From: an uncultured Actinomycetes bacterium | GTDB lineage: Bacteria > Actinomycetota > Acidimicrobiia > IMCC26256 > DASPTH01 | Reading direction: 5' to 3' | DNA: 64,000 nt | NCBI GenBank assembly: GCA_963784595.1 | Contig: CAWARX010000007.1 | Location: 410 to 64,409, forward strand | Part shown: positions 56,001 to 64,000 of the stretch, piece by piece | Numbering within the stretch: position 1 is the stretch's first letter | Layout: each line of letters starts with the position of its first letter | Made by a program: the position numbers and the translations under genes | The notes under the pieces: generated by a model | Told to the model about the DNA's origin: nothing | The model's input: only the letters and a program-made list of their open reading frames with translations | Database searches by the model: none

Positions 56001-57133
56001 TCCCGCGTGCGGCCGCGCTGGCCGCGTGCACCGGACTGGTCGTGCTCGCACCCGGCGCGGCGCTCGCCAAGACCGCGAACGGCAGCGCCCGCCGGACATT
56101 GCGCGCCGGACTCGAGGCCGATCTCCGGCAGGATCCCGCGATCCCCGGTGAGGTCGTGGCGATCGACGCGCCGGGGCTGCGCCTCGCGGTGGCCGTCGGA
56201 CGGGCCGACGTGGCGGCCGGGACCCCACTCGAGCCCGACACGACCTTCCGCGTCGCGAGCGTCACCAAGACGTTCGTGGCTGCGGCCGTGCTGCGCCTGG
56301 TCGAGACGGGCGAGGTCGGCCTCGACGCGCCCATCACCCGGTACCTGTCGGCGGCGTCGCTCTCGGTGTTGCGATCGGGCGGCTACGACCCGCAGCGCAT
56401 CACGGTCCGCCAACTGCTCCAGCACACCGCCGGTCTCTTCGACTACGCAGCCAGCGACGAGTACGACCACATCAACGAGACCGACCCCGGTCATCGGTGG
56501 ACGCCCGCCGAGCAGCTGCGCTTCGCCATGGACCATGGCCACCCGGTGGCGAAACCGGGCGCGAAGTACCACTACTCCGACACCGGGTACGTACTGCTCG
56601 GCGAGCTCCTCGAACGCGCGACCGGGGAGTCGCTGGCCGCGGCGGTCCGGGGCCTCCTGCACTTCGATCGGATCGGGCTGACCGACACGTACTGGGAGCA
56701 GCTCGAACCGATGCCGCCCGGCCTGGGTCCCCGCGCGCACCAGTACTACGACACGTTCGACAACATCGTGCTCGACGCGTCCCACGACCTCTACGGAGGC
56801 GGCGGGCTCGTCTCGACCGTGGCCGATCTCACGAAGTTCTCGCGTGCGCTGTTCCGGGGCAAGGTGTTCGACGACCCCCACTCGCTCGCGACGATGGAGA
56901 CGGTGTCCGGCCCCGGTCGCAAGGCGGGCGCCGCGATGGGTCTGTTCGCGCTCGACGTGGCGGGCGAGCACTGCTACAGCCATCCCGGGTACTGGGGCAC
57001 CGAGTCGACGTACTGCCCCCGGCTCGATCTCGCGTTCGCCCGCACGATCAACCAGGCCGACGACGCCGACTTCGACTACCAGCGGCTCGAGCGGGTGATC
57101 GTGCAGCTCGCCCGGCGTGCCCGCGGCGCCTGA
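55997..57133 (+). CDS. Secreted serine hydrolase (beta-lactamase/DD-peptidase-like family)
   Basis: Signal-like N-terminus; ASVTK (SxxK), LLQHTAG, YSDTGY, HPGY. Start uncertain. Confidence 0.85.
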   Translation: MIPRAAALAACTGLVVLAPGAALAKTANGSARRTLRAGLEADLRQDPAIPGEVVAIDAPGLRLAVAVGRADVAAGTPLEPDTTFRVASVTKTFVAAAVLRLVETGEVGLDAPITRYLSAASLSVLRSGGYDPQRITVRQLLQHTAGLFDYAASDEYDHINETDPGHRWTPAEQLRFAMDHGHPVAKPGAKYHYSDTGYVLLGELLERATGESLAAAVRGLLHFDRIGLTDTYWEQLEPMPPGLGPRAHQYYDTFDNIVLDASHDLYGGGGLVSTVADLTKFSRALFRGKVFDDPHSLATMETVSGPGRKAGAAMGLFALDVAGEHCYSHPGYWGTESTYCPRLDLAFARTINQADDADFDYQRLERVIVQLARRARGA

Positions 57134-57151
57134 CCGGTACGCTCGGCCGCC

Positions 57152-57907
57152 GTGACCCGACCTGACGCCGCCGGCATCGACCCCACGTCCGTGTACGTCG
57201 ACAACCGGGGCGTGCGGATCCATTCGCTCGACAACGGCGCCCTCCACGCGCACCGGCCCGCGGTGCTCGTGGTGCCGGGGATGGGGGAGGCGGCCGAGGA
57301 GTACGCCTGGCTCCTCGACCGGCTGGGCGACCGGCGGGTCGTCGTCGTCGACGTGCGCGGTCGCGGTGGGAGTGACGTGCCGGACGCCGGCTACACGTGG
57401 GAGGACCACATCGGCGACCTCCGCGCCGTCGTCGAGGCGAGGGCGCTCGACCGTCCGGTGCTGGTGGCGTTCTCCCGGGGCTCGTCGTACGCCCTCGGGT
57501 ACGCGCTCACCTACCCGGCCGAGACGCGCGGGCTCGTGGTCGGCGACTACTTCGCCCGGCACGTCGGCTTGCCCGCGGAGATCGCCGACCAGCAGCTCGC
57601 GCAGAAGATCCGCGGCGTGCCGATCTCGGAGCGCATGTCCGAGCACGCGGTGCGCAGCGTGTTCGCCGACGGCCGCGAAGTGCCCTTGTGGGACCGCCTC
57701 ACCGAGTTGCAGTGCCCCGTCCTGGTGATCCGCGGCGGCCGGAAGAGCGCGCTGGTCGGTGACGAGCTCGCAGCACAGTGGCAGGCCTCGTTGCCGTCGG
57801 TGGAGATGGTCGTGCTCCCCGATGCGGGTCACGATCTCTGGAGTCGCGACCCCGACGCCTACCTCGCCGCGCTGCTGCCGTTCCTGGACCACGTCACCGC
57901 GGAGTGA
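57152..57907 (+). CDS. Alpha/beta fold hydrolase
   Basis: DVRGRGGSD, AFSRG, PVLVIRGG, DAGHD. Confidence 0.82.
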   Translation: MTRPDAAGIDPTSVYVDNRGVRIHSLDNGALHAHRPAVLVVPGMGEAAEEYAWLLDRLGDRRVVVVDVRGRGGSDVPDAGYTWEDHIGDLRAVVEARALDRPVLVAFSRGSSYALGYALTYPAETRGLVVGDYFARHVGLPAEIADQQLAQKIRGVPISERMSEHAVRSVFADGREVPLWDRLTELQCPVLVIRGGRKSALVGDELAAQWQASLPSVEMVVLPDAGHDLWSRDPDAYLAALLPFLDHVTAE

Positions 57908-59079
57908 ACACCAGCGGCAACGGATCGACGGTGCGGATCGCGGTGTTGTTGTAGCCCGGCTCACGATCGGGATCGAGCGCGTAGTCGGGGATCCGCTCGT
58001 GGAGCGCGGTGAGGATCACCGTGAGCTCCATGCGCGCGAGGTGGGAGCCGAGGCAGCGGTGGAAGCCGCTGGCGAAGGCGATGTGGCGCTTGGCCACCCG
58101 GTCGAAGTCGACCTCGAGCGGGTGGCCGAAGCCATCGTCGTCGAGGTTGGCCGCCGCCCAGCAGACCGTGATCTCGTCGCCGGCTCTGATCTGCTCGCCG
58201 GCGAGCTCGAAGTCGGCGGTCGCGTACCGCCCGCCCGCCACGACCGGAGTCTCGAACCGCATCAGCTCCTCGATGGCCGCGGGGAGCACGGCGGGATCGT
58301 CGAGCAGCCGTTGCCGCTGGTCGGGATGTCGGGCGAGCCAGTCGACGATGCACGAGAGCGACGCGGCCACGGTGTCCAGCCCGGCCAGCACCAGCAGGAA
58401 GGTGATGTCGATCACGTCTTCCCGTGTGAGGGTCTGGCCGTCGACCTCGGCGGTGATGAAGCCGCCGATGAGATCGTCGCCCGGCTCGCCGCGCGGCACG
58501 CCGGTCGAGCTCCGCGTAGAGGTACTCGATCATCTTGGTGTTGGCCTCGACGCGGTGGTTGTCGTCGGTGGGCCGGATGATGCCGTTCTTGAACCAGATC
58601 AGGAAGTCGAGGTCGTCGAGCGGCAGGCCGAGCAGCGTGAGGAACACCATCGACGGCAACGGCTCGCAGAACGCCGCGTAGAGATCGACCCTGCCTTCGC
58701 CGGCGAAGCCGTCGATCAGGTCGTCGGCGAGCCCGCGGACACGCGTCGCGAGCTGCGCGACGACCTTGGGCGCGAACAGCGGATCGAGCAGCTTCCGGTA
58801 CTTGGTGTGCTCGTCGCCGTCGAGCATCAGGGGGATGAGCGGTCGACCGGCGCCCATGAACGCGCCGGCGAGCTCGATGATCTCGGGGTTCATCGAGTGC
58901 ACGTCGCGTCGCTTGGTGACCTCGAGCGCGTCGTCGAGGTGCAGGACGGCGACCCGGCCGTCTTCCTGACGGACGACGCGGGGCCCGGCCAGCAGGTCGT
59001 GGAGCGCAGGCTGGATGTCGGGCACGCCGTTCTGGAACACCTCGGGGAAGAACGTCCCGGGTCCGTAGTCGTCGGCCAT
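57894..59079 (-). CDS. Cytochrome P450 (one frameshift)
   Basis: AGLDTV, EELMRFETP, FASGFHRCLG. Confidence 0.9.
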
Positions 59080-59208
59080 GGTCACCTTTCGCAGTGGAGC
59101 CCTCGGAGTGGGCGAGCTCCATGTTCGCACGTCCCGCGTTCCGGTGGTCGACGAGAGCCGGGAGCCACGGCACACGGCCCCCGGCCGCGTTCGACGTAGG
59201 GTCGTGCC

Positions 59209-59776
59209 GTGGCCTTGCAGTTCCTGACCCGGCACGAGTTCGACGTCGTCGCGCGCGGCCGGAGATCGGTTGCTGCCCCCGCACGGTGAGTTTGCCGGGG
59301 CGGCCGCGGCGGGCGTGGCCGACTACGTCGACCTCGTGCTCGGAGCCTTCGCTTCCGATCCACCTCGCATCTGGGCCGGCGGCCCGTATTCGGGCCGCCA
59401 CGGTGGCGACGCCGGCTTCGAGGAGTTCCTCCCGCTGTCGCGCGTCGAGGAGCTCGCCTGGCGCACCCGTCTCGAAGGATCACGCGGCATCCCCGAGCGC
59501 GAGTGGAACGGCCCGGTGCGCGGGTGGCAGGAGGTGTACCGGGAGGGCATCGCGCAGCTGGGAGAGGATTTCCTGGAGCTCACCGACGACGAGCAGGGCG
59601 CCGCGCTCGAGCGCGTCCCCGAGCTACGTGGGCTGCTGTTCGAGCACGCGTGCGAGGCCTGCTACGGCGCGCCCGAGTACGGAGGGAACCGCTCGCTCAC
59701 CGGCTGGCGGGCGATCCGGTACGCCGGCGACGTGCAGCCCCGCGGTTGGAGCGACGACGAGGTGACCGGTGCCTGA
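59209..59776 (+). CDS. Gluconate 2-dehydrogenase subunit 3-like protein
   Basis: GAAAAGVADYVD...FLELTDDEQ...EACYGAPEYGGN...GWRAIRYAG. Confidence 0.75.
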
Positions 59777-61465
59777 CTTCGACGTCGTGGTCGTCGGGTC
59801 GGGGCCCGGCGGGGCGACCACCGCCGACGTGCTCACCGGGGCGGGGAAGTCGGTGTGCATCCTGGAGAAGGGCCGCAACCACCTGCTCGCGCTGGAACCG
59901 CCGTTCGAGAGCCTCGGTCACCTCTCCAACGACGAGATCAAGTTCCACCGGCGTCACTTCCTCGGGCCCGATCCGCTGCTCGAACCCCGCACCTACCGCC
60001 GTTCGATCGCCGACGGTGAACGACGCTTCACCGGCGACGTGAACAACATGCCGTCGACGGTGGGGGGTGCCGGGTACCACGCCGACGGCAAGCTCCCGCG
60101 CTATCGGGAGGTCGACTTCCGCCTCGCGTCGGAGCTCGGGACGGTGGAGGGCGCCGAGGTCGCCGACTGGCCCGTCGACTACGACGAGATGGAGCCCTAC
60201 TACTCGGACGCCGAGCGGCTCATCGGTGTGGCGGGAGACCACACCGCCAATCCGTTCGCGGCGTGGCGCAGCAGCCCCTATCCCATGGCGCCCGGCGCCG
60301 ACATGTTCCTCACCACGCTCACGGTCCCGGCGGCTGAGACGCTGGGCTACCACCCCTACCGCGCGCCGACCGGCGCCAACAGCGTTCCCTACGACGGCCG
60401 CCCCGCCTGCAACAACTGCGGGTTCTGCTCGTTCTACGGCTGCCCGATCGACGCCAAGGGCGACCCGACCGCCATGTTGCGCCGAGCCTTGCGCAGCGGT
60501 CACTGCGAGGTGCGGCCCGAGAGCCTGGCGCTCGAGATCCTGGTCGACGGCCGCGGCCGGCGCAGCCGGGGCGTGCGCTACCTCGACGCCGAAGGGATCG
60601 AGCAGACGGTCACGGCCGACGCGGTGGTGGTCGCGTGCGGGGCCTTCGAGACGCCGCGCCTCCTCCTGCGCAGCGGGATCGGCAACTCGTCTGACCTCGT
60701 CGGGCGGTTCCTGATGTTCCACCTCCAGACGATCGTGCTCGGCTTCTTCCCGTTCCGGTTGCACGCATACAAGGGTCGCGACGTGACGCACCTCATGGAC
60801 GACCCGATCGTGGGCGACGAGGCGGCGACGACGGCGGCGCGTGCGGCCGGCCTGCCGTACCTGCGCGGCGGGATCGTCGAGCACGGTGGGAGCGGGCACC
60901 CGATCATGGAGGCCCTGCACCTGCCGCCGGGATCGGGACACAGCGCGCTGATGGCGGACTCACCGACGCGCGACAAGATGGTCGCGTTCACCATGCAGGG
61001 CGAAGACCTGCCCCAGGCCACGAATCGCGTCGACCTCGATGCGGGCGTGCGTGACGTGTGGGGTCTTCCGGTGGGGCGCGTCACCTACCAACCGCACGCC
61101 CACGACGTCGCGTGTTCCCACCACTGGGCGCCGCGGCTCGAAGCCGTCCTGCGCGGGGCAGGCGCCCAGGGCACGTCGTGGGTGACGTCACCCGGGACGC
61201 CGGGCACCATCGCGCCGGGCCTCGAACCGATGTCGCGCCACTGGATGGGCACCGCCCGCATGGGGGTCGACTCCCGGTCGTCGGTCTGCGATCCGTGGCA
61301 GCGGCTCTGGGACGTCGACAACGTGGTGATCACCGACTCGTCGGTGTTCCCGACGTCGACCGGCTACGGCCCCACCATGACGCTGGCCGCCCTGGCCGTG
61401 CGCGGCGGCGCGTTCGCTCGCCGGTCTCGCCCCGCTGACGTCGAAGCGCGCCCGACGCGATCTGA
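59769..61465 (+). CDS. GMC family oxidoreductase (C-terminal frameshift; end approximate)
   Basis: VGSGPGG, TVGGA, CNNCGFCSFYGC, ETPRLLL, HWMGTARMG, DSSVFPT. Confidence 0.88.
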
Positions 61466-61474
61466 GGGGGACCG

Positions 61475-62026
61475 GTGCCCGAGGGATTCACCTCCGTCGA
61501 CGAGCTCTTCGAGGCGCTGCTCGCGTCGGGTGACGCCGACGACGAAGGCGGGCTCCCGATCCTCAACCACATGCTCCAGTGCGCAGCGCGGCTCCGCGCC
61601 GCACACCCCGACGACGTCGAGCTCCAGGTCGCCGGCCTGGTCCACGACCTCGGGTGGCTCGAGCGCTCCGCCGAGGGGTGGACGTTGCGTCTCGACGCCT
61701 CCCACGACGTCGACGGCCGCGCCCTGGTCGAGGGTCTGCTGGGCCCCCGGGTGGCGTCTCTCGTCGGCGGCCACGTCGCCGCGAAGCGCTACCTCCTTGC
61801 CACGGATCCCCGGTACCGCGCCGGGCTCTCGGCCCGCAGCAAGACCACCCTCGCGTTCCAGGGTGGGGTGATGACCGCCGCGGAGGCCGAGCGCTTCGCC
61901 GCGTCGCCGGACCTCGACGATCTCGTCGCGCTCCGGCGCGCCGACGACGCGGCCAAGGTCCGCGGCAAGGCCGTGCCCGGCCTCGAGACGTGGCGCGGGA
62001 CCGTCGAGTCGATTGTCCCGGGCTGA
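61475..62026 (+). CDS. HD-domain protein, PhnZ/TmpB-like
   Basis: HMLQCA, VHDLG, SHD, HVAAKRYL, YRAGLS..S..TL..QGG.M, LRRADDAAK. Confidence 0.8.
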   Translation: MPEGFTSVDELFEALLASGDADDEGGLPILNHMLQCAARLRAAHPDDVELQVAGLVHDLGWLERSAEGWTLRLDASHDVDGRALVEGLLGPRVASLVGGHVAAKRYLLATDPRYRAGLSARSKTTLAFQGGVMTAAEAERFAASPDLDDLVALRRADDAAKVRGKAVPGLETWRGTVESIVPG

Positions 62027-62108
62027 TCGTCACCGCATTTGTTCCGAGGAGACTGTTGAGCCGACGAAGGTCGCGGCGCCGGCGGTGGGTCGGTGAGCGA
62101 TCACCGGC

Positions 62109-63189
62109 TCAGAGCAGCGCGCGGCCCGTGGCCCGGGGGAGACCGACGCCGAGGAGCGCGGCGATGGTCGGAGCCCAGTCGGCGGCGCCCACCGGGGTCG
62201 TCGCGACCGCGCCGGCCAGCGGTTCGACCACCGGGTGACCGCCGGTCACCACCGCGACCTGGGCCCGGGTGCGGGGCCCGCCGTGGGTCCCGAGCTCCGT
62301 CGGCGACTCGGCGAAGCCGAAGGCGCGACCGGGCTCCGACCACACGAGGCAGCACTCGAGGTCGGTGTCGACGGGGTGGAACGGCGCGGTTCCCTCGATG
62401 CCGTCGACCGAGGGCAGCCACGCCCGGGCCGCGAGCGCGCCGTCGCCGCACACCACCGACGCGCTGCCTTCCGGGAGCGCGAACAGCTCGAGTCCGCGAC
62501 GGTCGAATTCGGGTCGCAGGTCGATCGGCTCGCGCACGTCGACCGGCTCCTGGTCGTGGTCGGACACGATGATCCACACGGTGTCGTCCCACGCCAGGTG
62601 GTCGCGGACCGCCGCGAGCAGCGTGTCGGTCGCCCGGTAGCTCGCGAGCGCGCCCTCGTGGTCGGGCCCGAACACGTGGGCCGCGGTGTCGGGCGCGTTC
62701 AGCTGACCCACGACGAGATCGGGCGCGGCGTCGAGCGCGAGCCAACTCGGCGAGGGTGTCGCGGTCGTCGACGTACCCGTGGGCGTCGAGCCGAGCGGCT
62801 TCGGGCGGGACACCGTCGGCGGGCCAGTGATCGTCGGCGGCGCGTGCGCCCATCACGCCGACCAGGTACTGGTCGCTGAAGACGGCCGCACTCGTGCGCC
62901 CGGCCTCGCGGCAGGCGTCGAAGATCGTCGGCACGGCGGGTCCGAGCTTCCAGGCCGGCACGAGCCGACCGGTTTCGGGGACCCAGTTGGTGACGATGCC
63001 GTGGTCGCGAGGGGCGGCGCCGGTGGCGAAGGTCGGCGTGGTTGGGATACGTCGCCGAGGTCATCACGGCGCGGGCCTGCTGCGCGCCGCGCACCGGCCG
63101 ACGCGGGCCAACTCGGCCAGCACCGGCGTGTGGTCGTCGCCGACGTGGCGGGCCGGGAGCGAATCGAGCACGGTCAGGACCACCTTCAC
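62109..63189 (-). CDS. Alkaline phosphatase superfamily / nucleotide pyrophosphatase-like hydrolase (frameshifted)
   Basis: VLTVLDSL, SATYPNH, PDTAAHVFG, VSDHD, GTHG; GTGA-coupled to the phyH-like gene. Confidence 0.78.
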
Positions 63190-63947
63190 ACCGGCCGTCC
63201 TTCGAAGTCGCCGATCAGCGAGACGCGGGTGCGGTCGCCCGTCGGGGTGGACGCGAAGACGGTCCGCTTCGCCGCGTAGTACGCGGCGCGCCGGTCACCT
63301 TCCCGCGCCGCGTTGTAGGTGGGGTAGATGGCCCGCCGCGGCGCGGTGGACCGGTTCGCGCCGCTGCGGTGCGGGGTGCGGCTGTGGAACCACAGCGTCT
63401 GTCCCGCCGCCAGCGGGACCGCTTCCCACTCGAGCGTGTCGGCGACCGTCGGGGGGATGCAGCCCCGGTCGTCGGTGGGCAGGACCCGGTCGAAGCATCC
63501 GGACACGACCTCGAGGCCTCCGTTGGCGTCGTCGGCGTCGTCGACCGCGATCATCGCGGAGACGTGGGTGTCGATCAGCGGATAGGCGGGCGCGTCCTGG
63601 TGAGCCGAGTAGCCCGCGCCGCCGGGAAGCTTGTAGTTCACCTTCTCCTTGTAGAGCACCGCCGGCTCACCCAGGAGTGCCCCGGCGACTTCCACCAGTG
63701 TTCCCGAGCACAACAGCCGGCGCAGGCCCGCGTGGACCGGCACGAAGTTCTCGCTGCGGCACAGCAGCGGACCCTGGTCGGTCCCTTCGAAATGCTGCAG
63801 GAGGCCACCTTCGCCGTCGGGCCGTGCCGCGATGTCGTCCACCCAGCTGCGGAGATCCACCTGCTCGGCGGATGACAGCGCGTCGACGATCACCCACCCG
63901 TACCGGGCGAACTGGCGCGCCGCATCGGCCAGGGCCGGTCTGGTCAC
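63186..63947 (-). CDS. Fe(II)/2OG phytanoyl-CoA dioxygenase family, PhnY*-like
   Basis: CRSENF, LYKEKVNYKLPGGAGYSAHQD, NGGLEV, PHRSGAN...RRAIYPTYN. Confidence 0.85.
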   Translation of the reverse strand: MTRPALADAARQFARYGWVIVDALSSAEQVDLRSWVDDIAARPDGEGGLLQHFEGTDQGPLLCRSENFVPVHAGLRRLLCSGTLVEVAGALLGEPAVLYKEKVNYKLPGGAGYSAHQDAPAYPLIDTHVSAMIAVDDADDANGGLEVVSGCFDRVLPTDDRGCIPPTVADTLEWEAVPLAAGQTLWFHSRTPHRSGANRSTAPRRAIYPTYNAAREGDRRAAYYAAKRTVFASTPTGDRTRVSLIGDFEGRPV

Positions 63948-64000
63948 GCGACGACACTACCCAGGACGGCTGACACGCCCCGCGCGAACCCGGTACGCTC

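Noticed and set aside
55997-57133. Beta-lactam resistance gene
   Set aside because: Generic SxxK serine hydrolase without class A/C/D-specific signatures; esterase or peptidase is equally likely.

Overview
High-GC actinobacterial DNA; the gene content (expanded amidohydrolase_2 paralogs, fused Liv-type ABC transporters, P450s) resembles Acidimicrobiia, which is an inference. Many single-base frameshifts interrupt otherwise intact genes, probably long-read consensus errors, so several coordinates are reconstructed across frames. The window looks like an accessory 'accretion' zone anchored at a 3' fragment of tRNA-fMet (7409-7456) that has paired TTCTAC repeats on both sides. A tyrosine integrase appears split at its catalytic-Arg motif: the N-part lies at about 20310-20592 and the C-part at 7529-8080, with about 12.2 kb of cargo between them (amidohydrolase, ABC transporter, xylose genes). 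Further right are short functional modules. These are persulfide dioxygenase/ArsR-rhodanese, an ECF sigma/anti-sigma pair with twin back-to-back promoters, a large arsenic cluster coupled to thiolase and PFOR, hemE-H-G next to sqr-tusE-dsrE, Rrf2-YwiC-truncated globin-MarR-orphan ctaD, and PhnY*/PhnZ-like genes with a GMC oxidoreductase. Several modules are joined at abrupt mid-gene breakpoints, with no IS or transposase visible. I found no CRISPR array, rRNA or complete tRNA. All family assignments come from motif recognition by eye, without database searches.
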